In this document: positions 1 through 13,700 of the stretch, piece after piece
Position numbering within the stretch: position 1 is the stretch's first letter
Layout of the letters: each line of letters opens with the position of its first letter
Assembly (NCBI RefSeq): GCF_006345805.1
Contig: NC_043001.1
Span: forward strand, 65,348,001 to 65,412,000
Reading direction: 5' to 3'
Origin: Octopus sinensis
Taxonomy: Eukaryota
DNA: 64,000 nucleotides
Program-made: the position numbers and the translations under genes
The notes under the pieces: model-generated
Told to the model about the DNA's origin: nothing
The model's database searches: none
Seen by the model: only the letters and a program-made list of their open reading frames with translations

Positions 1-149
1 ATGAAAAAATGATTGAAGTATTCTTTCACAACCAGATGCCTTTCCTGTCATTAACACTTGACTGTGTTTTAAATAAGGAATCTCTTAATTACACATGCCT
101 TGAAAGGCTTGAAGTAAGCAGACAATTTGTCAACCAGAGAAATGACAAC

Positions 150-350
150 AACAAACCTTGTAGCTTGCAACTTTTATAGAGCACAAACATAAACAGATAT
201 ACACACATATTATATAGATGGGTTTCTTACAGGTTCCATCTATCAAATTCACTCACAAGGATTTGGTCAATCTTGGCTATCATAAGTGATACTTGGCGAA
301 GTTGCCATGCACTGGGACTGAACTCAAAACCATATGATTAAGAAGGGAAC
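150..350 (-). mobile_element. tRNA-derived SINE family B, degenerate partial copy
   Basis: Reverse complement matches the fuller copies at 58182-58595 and 61303-61717 (actcacaagg, cactgggactgaac motifs). Confidence 0.6.
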
Positions 351-724
351 TATGTGCCTGTGCCTTCTATCAGTCTTTCTGTACATATGTATGCGTGCAT
401 ATATATATACATACACACATATATAGTATGTAGATAGGGTTGTAATCGAAGCCGTGTCCTCGTGAAGCACACCTGTATATTCCAGTATGCCAACATTGTA
501 TGTAGATGTTATAATTGTGTGAGGCATGTATAAGAGTAGAAAAAATATTGGAAAATAATATTTGCAGAGTAATTACGCATCAAAACAGTAGACTGGAAAA
601 TATTTTTAGTATTATTTATTCACCATTGCACATGTTTCATTTGCTAGTAGGAGTTAGAATATTATACATGTAAGAGAAAATGATAAAATATCTCTTATTA
701 AAAATTCCTCAGACAGCGAATCAA

Positions 725-1260
725 TTATCAGGTTGAATAAAAAATAAGCAACGTTTTGAACCATGAAGAATTTGTACCAGATTTTTGCAGGGTTTTGAAT
801 TTTTGTTAAACATTTTTTTGCATTTGTCTGATAATACAGATATAAACTTACCCAAATGCATCAATAAATTAACATTTATATATTTTTTCCCCATTGTTAC
901 AATCATCTGAAATGGAACTGTGAAAGTGTGATATTTGAGCAGTTTTGCTATTCAACTTCAAAAAAAGATGTAAAGCAGCTAAAACTGTTCATGATATCCA
1001 ATGAAACATTTGGTGGGGAAATGACCAGTGAGAGGTCAGCTTGAAAATGGTTTAAATGATTTTGCAGATTGTGAGCATTATGTAGAGACTGTCATTGAGA
1101 AAGATCCATATAAAACCACTTGAGAACTGGCAAAAGAACTTCAAGTTAACCAGAAAGCTGCCTGCAACCATTTGCATGCAATCAGAAAATCAAAAAAGCT
1201 CGACAAATTTTAATGAAAATCAGAAAATGCTTATTGCTTCTTCTCCGCAACTAGACAAGC
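725..1260 (+). mobile_element. mariner-type DNA transposon remnant (N-terminal HTH region of transposase)
   Basis: From about 912, frameshifted translation gives LLFNFKK..KAAKTVHDI.NETFGGEMTSERSA.KWF and VIEKDPYKTT.ELAKELQVNQKAACNHLHAIRKSKKLDK, resembling the two HTH motifs of Hsmar1/Mos1-like transposases. A TIR-like tatcaggttgaataaaaaataagcaacg lies at about 725. Confidence 0.75.
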
Positions 1261-1547
1261 AACGATAAGCGGATGTTTACATTTTGATACGTTAGCTACG
1301 TCACAAAATAGCTGTTTACGTCACAGTAACAATATTTTGAGAAGCAGTAAATAATATGAGGCCGAAAGAAAGAATATCATTGGTTAAAATTCCAATTTTT
1401 AAACAATGTTCAACTTAAAAATTACAATTCCGTTTTCATTTTGGTTTACTATTATGTTTTCATTTGACACAATCTACCAGTATACGAAGTTTCAAATTGT
1501 TTAGTTAACTAGGAAAATCTGGCTTTCAAAAGGCAAAGATCCCCTGT

Positions 1548-1753
1548 TTCTTTACTACCCACAAGGGGCTAAACATAGAGGGGACAAACAAGGACAGACA
1601 AACGGATTAAGTCGATTACATCGACCCCCAGTGCGTAACTGGTATGTAATTTATCGACCTTGAAAGGATGAAAGGCAAAGTCGACCTCGTCGGAATTTGA
1701 ACTCAGAACGTAACGGCATACGAAATACGGCTACGCATTTCGCCCGGCGTGCT
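1548..1753 (-). mobile_element. tRNA-derived SINE family A, long form with Tx1-like 3' tail
   Basis: B-box gagttcaaattcc, central cctttcatcctttc..gtcgataaattac, and tail gtcccctctatgtttagccccttgtgggtagtaaagaaac on the minus strand. Confidence 0.85.
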
Positions 1754-3115
1754 GTTTTTGCCTCTGACATTCACGTCGTTGGATTTTTGAATTTCTGAAT
1801 TCAATTGTGTTGTTGCAATAAAAAGCATGTTTACGTATTTGAGTAATATATTAAAGTTTTTAAGTTTTCTTGAGATGTTCGTTTGTCCAGTTGGAGAATG
1901 CAGCAGGACTTTTGCAATGAAAAGGATGTTTACATTAATCTTACTTGCTTCATTGGTAAAAAAAGACAGAGCACCGAGTTGGATGCTTTCTAGTTCTTAA
2001 TTTCTTCTTCCAAGTTTAAATTCTCCATGTTCCGGGTTTAGTCTAAGTTTTCCAGTGTCTATAAAATAAGTAGCAGTCATGTACAGGGACCGATTCAGTG
2101 GACTTTTGTAAATTTATGCCTGTGTGCCCGTAGACAAGACTAATCGAATAAACTCAATTTACGTATTTTTTTTTTTGTTCCGAAAAATCAATATTTTCAT
2201 TATTATAGTTACTAAATGTTACTGCAGCTTCTCTAAAAGTAAGGAATTTATATTAGAATTTAAAACAATATTTTCAATGAGTCTCATATATGCAATGGTT
2301 CAAAGAAATTTATAAAGATTTACTTTATTAATGTATTACTTTGCTGGTTTATTTTGCAACTAAAATATGTCCCGGTTGTGTAAGTAACTAAGCACATATT
2401 CTGCATAACTGGGAGAAACTAAGTGAGTGATCTGGTCACTGAAGCAGAAAGTGATAAAGAAAATAAAAGGAGAAAAAGAATGTCAAAATTTTTTCTTTAC
2501 AATATCTTATAAAGAAAGAGATAAAACTGCTCCATAAGCTAAATATATCAAGTAGATATGACGACTATTCCCAATAAAAGAGAGAAAAATATACTCCCAG
2601 ATTGTTTGTATTGAAATAAATTACAAACAAAAAAGCTTACATAGACTGAGTGGCCTTCATTTTCACTGGGCGTATATAAGCATTTTCAATAGGTGTATTA
2701 TTTCGCTTATAGTTTTCAATGTTGTCAAGATATTTCGGGACAATGTTTCAAATCAAGTTGTAATTTTATTTTTTTTCTTTAGGAAAATTGATTAGCCTCA
2801 ACGAAGAGTGAAGTAGGTAAGATGTAAAAGTAGAATTGTATAGATATTCTGTCGGTTGACTGAAGGAAATGTTGAAAGACAAATAGAAATTTCAAAAAGA
2901 AAAAAAAAGATTTGTAAAGTTAGGGAAGATGCAAAAGGTGACATAAATGGACTAAGTAGAGTTAAATGCGATTTAGATAGAGAAATAACGTTGACAATGT
3001 GATAAGACGTGGAAAAGGCATGAACGATTTGATCCTCCCGTTAAACTTTTGTATCTTGCAAAAAAAAAATTGAAACATTTAAAATAGAAAGTTGATAACT
3101 TCTGATATTGCTTAA

Positions 3116-3335
3116 CCCTTTAGTGTTTAAACCGGCCATATCAGGCCAAAATTGCCTTCCTGTTTTATGCTCAAACCAGCCAGCTCTGACCTCTCACACC
3201 TACCCTACAATGTCATTCTAAAATTAAACAGGGACATCATCAAAATCTCAGAGTTACAAGATGCTGTACAACTAATTTAAAACAATGTAATTAAATAGGC
3301 TTTACATTTGACAGAGTAATCTGAATACTAAAGGG
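3116..3335. mobile_element. piggyBac-type MITE (220 bp)
   Basis: TTAA at 3112-3115 and 3336-3339. Ends are CCCTTTAGTGTTTAA and (reverse complement) CCCTTTAGTATTCAG, a 9-bp perfect TIR starting CCC. Confidence 0.8.
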
Positions 3336-3896
3336 TTAAAGTAAAAGCCGTCAGACATTTTAAAGAAAATTGATTACATTCAAATTGATTTTATTGAAAT
3401 CTATTTTACCTGGGAGCAGAAAACTAGAGGGAGTTAATTCCCACATACAAATCGTGGACCTAATAGAAATCAAGCAAGTTTCTTAATTTATTTGTGAAAA
3501 ATTCAAGGAAAGATTACCAAAGGATTTTGTTTAAATGTGATAAATTCCGCAAGTTATTTCCCTTGTTAGAACTCTTTCCTATCGTTCGATCGATACACTG
3601 CCTTCAATGCCAATTGAGAATAGGTAAGTTTGAACTTACCTATTCTCAATTTTAATGATCTTTATTTTATCTTGTCATTGGAGTTCAGTGTGTTATTCAG
3701 CTTCATAATTTCTTTAATAACAGATTTCATGAATCTATTTTGCAATCTTTTAATTTCAGACATCATTTTAAGGTCATCCATTTTATTATATTTCTTGCTT
3801 GCAGAGATGAAGTCTGAACTGTGATAGTGCCTGGGCGGTGAAATCAATAAACGTTTTTCTGAATCCTGGGAATTCTGTACATAAATGACATTAGAT

Positions 3897-4207
3897 CTTT
3901 CATCTTTTACTTGTTTCAGTCATTAGATTTCGGTCATTCTGAGGCCTCTTTTGGTGAACTGCTAAGTTACGGGGTACTTTAAAAACACCAACATCGATTG
4001 TCAAACGGCGATGGGGAACAAACACAAAGAACAAAGAATCAAGCATACACACACACACGAACACATACGACGTGCTTCTTTCAGTTTCCGTTTACTAAAT
4101 CCACTCACAAGGCTTTAGTCGGTCCGAGGCGATAGTAGAAGTCATCCGCGATGCCACGAAGTGGGACTGAACCTGGAACCATATGGTTGGGAAACAATTT
4201 TCTTACA
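3897..4207 (-). mobile_element. tRNA-derived SINE family B
   Basis: Antisense match to 61303-61717 from head (gtgggactgaacctggaacc) to tail (cttttacttgtttcagtcatt). Confidence 0.8.
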
Positions 4208-4559
4208 CGTGATTTATTATGCGACATGCATTCACATTAAATGTTAAGTTTAGTGTGTAATATGTATCCCTTCTAAATGTTACACATAATCCTACTCTGA
4301 AATTCCTTCTATTATACATATTGTTATTTCTTAATTTTCTTTCCTTGGAACATGAACCAAGGAAATTTCCTTATATTTTCCACTTGAAAGACCCATCAAT
4401 TCTTTTCTGAAACAATGGAAAATGAAGTACAAGTGAATGCGTTCTTTAGTGGATTGGATATAGGGTTAGGAGTTTCCATAAAGAATAATAATAAGAGTTG
4501 GGATCCCGAAGTATGTTCGACTGAGTTCCATTACTTGTATCTATCGGTTTCAAATTTTG

Positions 4560-4692
4560 AGGGAGGGTGTAAGTCGATTATATCGAACCCGGTGCTTAAC
4601 TGGTATTTATTTTATTGACCTCAAAAGGTTGAAAGGCGAAATTTGAACTCAGAAGGTGAAGACCGCTAACAATTCTGCCAGCTCACCGCCCT
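4560..4692 (-). mobile_element. SINE family A, internally deleted copy
   Basis: gtcgattatatcga..tttgaactcagaa..ttctgccagctcaccgcc matches family A antisense. Confidence 0.7.
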
Positions 4693-6516
4693 TCTTCTTG
4701 CAGATATTAATGAAATATGAGACATTGGTAAGCCAGTGGTTGTACACTATACTAGTAAAAGCTTTTCTAACAAGTAGGTGACCCCCTTTATATCTATCTG
4801 ATCTATATGTGTGTGTGATGTATGCTAAATTCGCAAGTAATTATCTATTTTCAATGTAAAAACAGCTAAATGACTAATCATAAAATTATGTTATTTCTTT
4901 GCACTGTCATGTTTAAATATGAATAAACCTTTCAGAATATTTTTATATTTCTTCACAGAAAGGTATTAAAGTATTTTTATATTAGTGATAAAAAGGAAAG
5001 AGCGTAAACAAATAGTAAAAGCAACAAGTGATGTGCAAAGTAAGCAGTAGAGAAATGACAGTAAAATTTTTATATGAAACCAAAGATAAGATGACAAAAT
5101 GACTGATTTATTCTGTTCACCAACAACTTGTACTGAACAAATGTTTTCATAGACGAGAGGCACACCTAAATCTTTTAGGAATAATTAAAAAACACCAACT
5201 AAACAGTAATAAATAGGGCGGGCAGTCTAATATCGTGGCGGTCTAACAGGAAGGTAGAAGGGGTGGTGGTGAGGAGCTTACATGTTGGTGATGTCGGGCT
5301 ATTTAACATTGTGGTGGTGACATGGAGTCTAATAGGGGTGTAGCATTGGTGGAAATACCGGATCTCACTATCACTGAGGATCTCATCTGGCGAAAGTACA
5401 CCCTTAACATAGTTAGGGCCGTATTCCAGTACTTCACATATTTAATATTGCTGTGCTAGCTCTCAGTATTTTAGGGAGTTCATTATACAACGCCCAGCCA
5501 CCCCACACACAACATTTTCAAGATCTAGTCTCAAATACTAGGTTTTCTCCCCTGGATTACAAACTATTTCAGTTCCATTCGAATATTGTTCATATATTTA
5601 GGACAGTATCGAAAACGTAATACATAAATTTTAGACCGTAACCTAACAAGGGAGTCCATGAGTTAGTCACTAGACTTGTTACAAATAGCAGTCAAATCTC
5701 CCTCAAATCATTTTATATCATCTCAAGTAAGATCCATTAGCTTTTGTAGTCTTGGCTATAGAAATTGATGGAATGGTCAAAACTGGACATTTTTGATCAT
5801 AGTTCGGCTAGAATCTCTGAAATTAATAGTAAAGATGTTATTCAAAATCAACCTGGAAGAATGAGTTATGTTAATTGTAGAAATATCTATTTTGTAAACC
5901 TGACGAAAAAATATAATTATCAAAACTAAACATGGCTTTATTTTCATATTTATTACATTCTATGTTAAAATCGGAGATGTACTCGCATAGCAAGTAATTT
6001 GATCTGAGATCGTGTGCTGAAACGAAAACAATTGCAGCGTGGAAGGTGTTTATAAGCCATTTAAGAAACACACAAAAGCCGTTAAAATCTTATTTATTTT
6101 TATTATCAATAAAACAACGCGATTCTAAGAATTGTTTTTTAAGTATTATTTTTTGCGATTAATTAAAAAGTCATCAGCCCTGTTGTAAAATAATTTATTA
6201 ACACTATTGTCAAGAAAGACTTATCAACATTTCAGCTGTATTCGCATCTGTCTGGTTTTTTTTTCTGTTTGTCTACAGTTGATGACAACATTACACATTT
6301 TATTTTGAACGGAAGACTGTTAAAAACATAAATTTACGTCCTAAGAAAATTTTTTTGTTTTAACACAAATAGAACATTCATATTCATTGTATTTTGTGGT
6401 AGGACATGTATATTTTCGATTGTCTTTTCAACTTGGCCATCTTTATATTTCATTATATTATCACTTGCTCTGTGATATGGTAGTCTCTGCTCGGGATAGA
6501 TGAATCTTTTGTAAAA

Positions 6517-7443
6517 GCAGTACAGGTCATGCACAGGGGTGCTGTTAGTAAGGTAAGCATTAGCCATGGGTACATTGATGAATTTAGTGTACAGGTAAGC
6601 GTTCACCAAGGCCCGGTCCTCACCTCCCTCCTATTCATTATTGTCCCCCAGGCCATAACAGAGGAATATAAAACCGGCAACTATATGATGATGATCCGTA
6701 ACCAAATTAGAAAAGAAATTCCAGGTGTGGAAGCAAAACCTGGAGTCGGTGGGCCTTATAGGCAACTTTGCAAAGACCAAAATCTTACTAAGCAAGAAAA
6801 CAGACAGGACCCTACCCCTCCAATTAAATGGCTCTACTCAATATCTAAGAAAAGTGTAGATGGGGTGTACCTTGTGCAAGCTATAGAACACCAGCAGTGC
6901 TGTGGAATAATAGGAAGGTTAACAGAGAGAGTAGTGTTTGTATGTGGAAGATCCACAGAAGCCTACATATATCTCAAATGCCGCGGAGGCTCTATAGAAG
7001 TAGTGGATAATTTCTGCTACCTAGGTGACATGATTAGTAGTGGAAGAAGATGTATCAAAAGTGTAATTGCTAGAGTTAAGAGTACGATGGAGAAAGTTCA
7101 GAGAGTTTTTACCTCTGCTGGCAACCAAAGGTTTCGCTTTCCGAGTGAATAGAAAATTGTAAAATGAATGTGTATGAACAGCAAAAATACATGGTAGTGT
7201 GACGTGGGGCCCCGATTGCAGAGACGAGAAGACTTGAGAGGAATGAAGCAAGCATGCTCCACTGGATGTGCAGTGTCAGTGTACATGTGTGACACAGTGT
7301 TGCGTATTGAGGAAAAAGTTTGGCATAAGAGGAATTAGATGCAATATGCAAGAGAGAAGATTGTGCTGGTTTGGTCAAGTGATGCATATGGATGAGGGCA
7401 GTTGCATAAAGAAATGCTGATCACTCAAAGTAGATAGAACTTG

Positions 7444-7518
<75 letters not shown>

Positions 7519-7640
7519 CAGGCAGACATGTGACGAAGTATTGAAAGCTGATCTCGACGCTGAGCTTTACGAAGGGGAGGACAAAGGACAAATATTTGGT
7601 GCCTTGCTGTCCTCAAGAAGACCCGTTTATCACAGCAGAA
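6517..7640 (+). mobile_element. RTE-clade non-LTR retrotransposon, 5'-truncated and decayed RT/C-terminus
   Basis: ORF 6529-7152 contains VHQGPVLTSLLFIIVPQAITEE and EVVDNFCYLGDMISS..SVIARV. Downstream frames give LCWFGQVMHM. All are RTE RT/thumb-type motifs. A (GA)n tract interrupts at about 7450-7515. Confidence 0.85.
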
Positions 7641-8234
7641 TTGATATTCTAAAACCACCTTGGTAATGCTTGTCTGTGAAGGGATCTACTCCCCCACCTC
7701 CTCTCTGTCCCATCAACCTTCCCTCTACATATTTCATTCCCTAATACCCACTACTTCTGTATCAGCAGAATAGGCACACACTACTATATCTCCCGGCTTT
7801 CTCAGTTACCTCACTTCCTCTCACCCCAAAACCGCTTCCATTTCCCATTATCTACCCCCGCCCAAATCCTTTTTATGCCTTCTCGTTCTGCTGTTATTCA
7901 TCATTAATACCTCGCTTATCGGTTGTCACCCTCAATGACCGCAACCCCTTCCCCCGGACCTCTCATATATTTCTCTCCATCATTTGCTACAGTCACTTCT
8001 ATCCAACCTACTTACCCAGTCCAAACCTCTGTATCACTTCACCTATTCTCACCACCCCTAATGTCCCTCGAGGGCATATTCCGATACATCTTTGCCATCA
8101 TCTTTCTTACTATCACACTTCTTATCTTACTCTCTATTTTACTCTCCCTTTTCCAACCGGGTAATCCATGCATCTACAGCAAGGCATCTATCGCTGTCCC
8201 TCTATACTTTTAACTTCTTAACTAGTACAAATCT

Positions 8235-8530
8235 CCCTTAATGCTACTTACCTTCCCAGTTGAGGTCTTTTTGCCTCTTTTTTGTCTTGCAAAATATTTG
8301 GTGATCCAGTCGGTGATGGTGCCACATAAAAAACACCGGTGCTGGTGTGCCACATAAAAGCATCTGGTATACTTTGCAAAGTGGTTGGCGTTAGGAAAGG
8401 CATCCAGCTGTAGAATTCATGCAAAAATGGACAATGGAGCCTGGCACGGCCCCCGAAATTGCCAACTACTGTCAAACCATCCAACGTATGCTACTATGGA
8501 AAACAAACGTTAAATGATGTTGATGATGAT
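8235..8530 (+). mobile_element. SINE-like element with RTE-type 3' end
   Basis: aaagtggttggcgttaggaaaggcatccagctgtag...gtcaaaccatccaac..atggaaaacaaacgttaaatgatgttgatgatgat. The (GAT)n-like tail is typical of RTE-mobilised elements. The family assignment is from recall. Confidence 0.55.
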
Positions 8531-8532
8531 TA

Positions 8533-8534
<2 letters not shown>

Positions 8535-8593
<59 letters not shown>
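8535..8593. repeat. (AT)n microsatellite
   Basis: Direct reading. Confidence 0.95.
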
Positions 8594-8597
<4 letters not shown>

Positions 8598-9099
8598 TAC
8601 TCATACGCTTATACATACAAATGTAGTGTAGCGCGCCGAACCAAATGAGGTGTGCTGATTTTGATCTACATCTTCAGGTCATTTTCGCTTTTCTTCCATT
8701 TTTCCAAGGTCGATGTACTAGGGTCATGTAGTCGGCTGAGAGCCACCGAAGGCGGTGACCCAGCATGGCCACATCCAATGACTGAAGCCTGTAATGGAGT
8801 AAAAGACTAGATAGTTCATAAATGTATAAATCAAAACTGTTTACAAATATTTACACTTACCCAAATGTTACGTATTTTAGATCGAGAGAAATATATCAAA
8901 ATACTTTTAGACGGGTATTTTATATAAATAGTTGATGTAAGACAGACATGTAACGTAAACCATAGTAACTTAATATGAACAAGTTCCACTGTTCTGACTC
9001 TCCTTCTTTAGATTTCTAAATATTTAAACAATATTTTCCAGATGTGCTTCAGCCATTAGAAATATCACAATATTGTTTGTAACTTTCTCCTTTTCTAGT

Positions 9100-9144
9100 C
9101 TTGTGTGTGTGTGTGTTTGTACTTGTTGTTGCTGCTGCTGCTGC

Positions 9145-9178
<34 letters not shown>

Positions 9179-9227
9179 GCTCTTCTTCTTCTTCTTCTTC
9201 TTCTTCTTCTTCTTCTTCTTCTTCTTC

Positions 9228-9278
<51 letters not shown>

Positions 9279-9290
9279 CGATGATGATAG
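9100..9290. repeat. compound microsatellite (TG/GCT/GTT/CTT/GAT)
   Basis: Direct reading. Source of the poly-S/E/Q/D ORFs in the track. Confidence 0.95.
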
Positions 9291-9437
9291 CCTTTCTATT
9301 ATAGGCATAAGGCCTGAAAATTTTTGGGGACTAGTCGATTACATTAACTCCAGTATTTCACTGGTACTTAATTTATAGACCCCAAAATAATAATAATAGC
9401 AATATTATTATTGTTGTTGCTGTTGTTATTATTATTA

Positions 9438-9502
9438 GTCGAGGTGGTAGAATTATTAGCACGCCGAACAAAATACTTAACCGCATTTCGTCCGTCTGTT
9501 AC
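9438..9502 (+). mobile_element. SINE family A, 5' part (host of Tx1 element 1)
   Basis: gtcgaggtggtagaattattagcacgccgaacaaaatacttaaccgcatttcgtccgtctgttac is the family A head. The SINE resumes at 14315. Confidence 0.75.
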
Positions 9503-9825
9503 TGAAAATTTATTGTTGGAGTGTGTTCGTAAGTTTCTATTAATTGTTATGTTTCTTGTTGTGCCTATTGTTGGACTTATTGTTGAAAAAATTGTATTAT
9601 ATTTTTTTTGTCGAAAGCTATCTGTGGTTTTCCCCTTTAATTGCCGGCAAGATGCGGAAAAGTTCGTGTTCTTCGTCGGGGGACGAATCATCGATTGAAA
9701 GAGAAGCAAAGAAAATAGAAAGCATAATTTTTGACAACGTTTCTGATGTGTTGGAAAGCGAATTTCCAACATTACCAAGAGTTACGAACATCAATAGGAA
9801 GACAGAAAAAAAGGACCATCCAAAA

Positions 9826-10741
9826 TGAAGAAAAGAAAAGTTTTGCGTCAGCGGCTGGTGGTGGAGCGCGACAACTGACATAAAAGAATTATTAAAATAT
9901 AAAGATATGATAACAGAACGAGATGAAATAGTAAAAGTGGAAATACAGGAAGAAGAATTAACGGAGGAAAAAAAGAAAATCATTATTTTTAAGACATTTT
10001 GCTTAAAAGCTCGTAAAATTATTAAAATATGTGAACAAAAAATTGAAAAATGTCTGGCAGGACATTACATATCTAGCCAGAGGGAAGAAGTTTGGTACCA
10101 TCGTGGTGAGGTTCAAGAATGCAGAAACTGCACAAAAACACTCTATAAAATCTTTAGAGTCGGAAGACATAATGTTAATCCCAATTTACATGGGAATGAG
10201 AACGTCAAAAGTGAGAATACCAAGAATTCCGCCCGATGTTTCCAGTGTGGCCAACTGGGTCACATTAAAAAATATTGTAAAGAAGGTGTAGAAGAATCAG
10301 ACGGCGAAGAGAAAGAAAGAGAGAGAGAAACTAAAGGAAAAATAAACAACAAAAGGAAAGTGGAAGGCTCGAACCAGCAAAAGCAGAGCGAGTTGAGACA
10401 AAAAAAAACCCCCCAAAAAAACAGCCAAGAGAGACAGACCGAGGAAGGCGGAGGGGGTGACGAGCGGAGGAATAGCTGCACTATACAGTAAAAACGAAGA
10501 TTTAATGCGGGAAATAAAAACCCCAAAATCGGCAACTCGATTAATTGAACTGTCAGAGAAATATAAAAACTATGAATTTTACGAATTGGACGAAAAAACG
10601 TACAATATGTTGTTTTACACATATAGAAAATCGGTCTCAACAGGGAGACTTGATTTTCACCAATCCATGTTTGAAGGCTTACCATCTCCGACCCTGAGTC
10701 ACGAAAAAGTGGAGAATCCCTCTCCACAAGGTAAGTCACGT
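9826..10741 (+). pseudogene. Tx1 ORF1 (RRM-like, CCHC zinc knuckle, C-terminal domain), frameshifted with internal deletion
   Basis: ITYLARGKKFGTIVVRFKN..LIPIYMGMRTSKVRIPRIPPDV is joined directly to CFQCGQLGHIKKYC. The C-terminal FEGLPSP parallels FDELPP in the two ORF1-only elements. Confidence 0.75.
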
Positions 10742-10743
10742 CT

Positions 10744-13700
10744 ATTCACATTGGTTGTATAAATGTTCGTGGCCTGATGTCAAGCTGGAAGCAAGGGCGC
10801 TTCCTAAATGCCATCAGGTCGAGAAACTTGGATGTAATTGTTGCAACGGAAACCCGGGTGAAAAGGCCAAGAGATCTGCTCCCCTTCCTGAACGGCTACT
10901 AGAAATACGTTTCTCCGAGTCGGGCGGGAGGTGGGGGAGGAGTATTGATCCTACTAAAATGAAACCGGGAAGCCGAGAAAAAGTTGTTCTTTTCTGACAC
11001 AGAACGCAGGTTGGTCGTTCTTGACCTGACATTCAGTTGTGGCAAGACAATCAGGCTGGTCACTATTTATGCACTTAACATTATGGGCCCGCAAACTGAT
11101 TATTTTCGTGACCTGGGCAAGTTCCTAGCCACATCGCATTCGCTAGTATTGTTTGGAGACTTTAAAACAATATGTGTAGCACACACAGATTGTGTTGGCT
11201 CGGACATGAACAGAAAATGTAACCCGGACTTACGAGATCTGCTAAGTCAATTTCAGCTAGCAGATCCTTATAGGTTGGAACGCCCGAACACTCCACAGTG
11301 GACGTGGTCAAATAGTGACGGGTCTTCCAGAACATATCTAGATAAGATTATAATTAGAGAAACAGATAAGTCCATAGTCGTGTGTCCACAGGTTTTTCTA
11401 GTCAGCTACAATGACCACAAGATGGTTACCTGTAAACTGACGGTAGATAAGTTGCATAGTCAGGGATCTGGCTACTGGAAACTCAATACGCCCCTTTTGG
11501 CGATTGAGGAGTACAGAAAGCGGATCAAGATGTTAATACAGAGGGCATTAACAGGTACCGTCATTAATAACAAATGGTGGTACGCCCTAAAAAGAGCCAT
11601 CAAATATGAGTCTATTAGGTTTAGCATAAGTTTAGCTAAGAAGGGACGAAGAATAGATGGTCTAGTTAAGGAACTAGAAGAAGCCTGGTGGACTGGTAAT
11701 GCGGACCAAGCGAGGGTGAAAAGACTAGAGTTAAACCAGCATCTTGAAGCCCAATACATGGGAAGTGAAGGAATCAAGGTCGCTGGATGGGCCCGAGTGG
11801 TGGAATCTCGGCAAGGAAATAGTTCCTCTATTCGGTCTTTGACGAATCAAAATGATGTCTTGGTAAACGAACCCGAGAAAATGCGTGAGGCCTTTCGGGA
11901 GTACTTCGCCCAGCTGTTCGAGGGTAGCGGTGTTCCTGGTGGTGAGAGAGCTCTCGAGGACTTTCTTGCCGGGCTGCCATGTCTCTCGGGGTCGGATGTT
12001 GAGTCTTGCGAAAGGCCAATCACGCCTGTGGAGGTGATGGAGGCTTTGGCCGACTGTAAAGCGGGTAAGTCGCCGGGACTTGATGGTCTTCCATACGAGC
12101 TGTATAAATGTATGCCAGACTTGTTCGGGCAAATACTGGCTGACGTGTACGCGAACTGGCAACAGAATGGGTTTATCCCCAGCTCTGTGCGCCGGGGGGT
12201 AGTGACGTTGGTCAGAAAGGACCCGGAAAAGGGGGACGTTATAGGGAATTTCAGGTCCATCACTCTTTTAAACGCAGAAGTGAAGATTTTGGCCAAGGTC
12301 TCAACAAAAAGGTTGGCGCGTGTCGCGAATGGTATAGTCGGGGAAGCACAGACATGTACCATCCCGGGCAGAACCATTCAGGATACCTTCCATCTTATTC
12401 GCTATATCATAGAGAGGGTTGGTAATAAATCTGGCAAAGGTGGGGTATTGGTACATTTGGACTTTTGATAGGGTTGACCATCGATACCTGGCGACTGTGC
12501 TTGCGCGGTTCAGCCTGGGTCTTGGCTTCCTCAGGTAGTTTATCGCTTTGTACCACAACATTGACTCGATAGTTCGGGTGAACGGGTTCCTTTCGAAGCC
12601 GTTCTGCATCAGACGCTCGGTTCGCCAAGGATGTCCGCTCTCACCACTTTTGTATGTGATGTCTCTCGAGCCCTTACTGTGAAGGTTGAGTGGCATCCTG
12701 AGAGAACCAGGTCTAAAGGAGTTTGTTAGGGCTTACGCGGATGATATCACTATCAGCGTAACCTCAGTAGCACGCCTACGTGAAGTGGGTGAGACTATTG
12801 AGGCTTTCGAGGAGGTGACAGGAGCAAAGATTAACCGGGAAAAGTCGGTCGGCTTGCAGCTCGGCACCTGGGTTGGCAAATCGATGCCTTCAGATAGCAT
12901 TGTTGAGCGCTGGACGGAGGGACCGGTTAAGTTGCTGGGAGTTTGGTTTGGACCAGGCTTCCAGATAGAGAAGAACTGGACGGAGGTATTGAACAGGGTT
13001 GCTGCAGTAGTCAAGACCTGGTCTTGGCGGTAGTTATCCCTGAAAGGAGGGGCGGAGGTGGCCAATGTGTTTACCGCATCGGTCATTACCTACCCTGTCC
13101 GGATTCGTGGTTGATCAGGTTGGAGAGACAGCTCTTTCGCTTTGTGTGGAAGGGCAGGTCGCCACTTGTGAAACGCTCTGTCTGCTGTCAAAAGCCTTTA
13201 ACGGGAGGTTTAGGGATGCCCTGGTTAATGATGCGCAGACATGCGTTGAGGTTGAGGCACCTCTGGATTCTCCAAGATAGTGAACGGGTATGGTCTCCGC
13301 TGGCCAGACAAATGTTCTCCGAGTTCAAAAGTTTTTGCGAACAGGAAGCCTGGTGTTCTCGTAGACCGAGGTCGAGTGAGTGGCATAAAGAGTGCCGTAA
13401 GGCCCTCTTGCTATTCCGGCGCTCGGACAACGCCAGCGGTGGGGGTTCCACACGGATTTTATATAGTGGGTTGGTAGAGTCTGAACGCGACGATGGCTTG
13501 AGGTCGACTCTAGGTCTTGTGTTTATTCAACTGGACAGCTTGTTTCACCGTACATTCGGGTTGAGAACGTTGGACACCTTCCAAAAGTCCATAACCTGGT
13601 AACGCTAAGAGGTGCCTTGCCCGTTTGGGATAAGCTCGCAAGACATGGTAAACGTCAGTCGCCGACCAGTCCAAGATGCGGGGGGGGGGCACAGGGAAAC

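Noticed and set aside
3662-3847. Short helical-looking minus-strand ORF
   Set aside because: 61 aa in AT-rich DNA with no family motif.
5375-5420. DLTITEDLIW peptide resembling a LINE RT thumb motif
   Set aside because: Too short and isolated to annotate.
9024-9378. Poly-S/E/Q/D/L/I/Y and YVCM/HTYI ORFs here and throughout the track
   Set aside because: They are translations of microsatellites, not genes.
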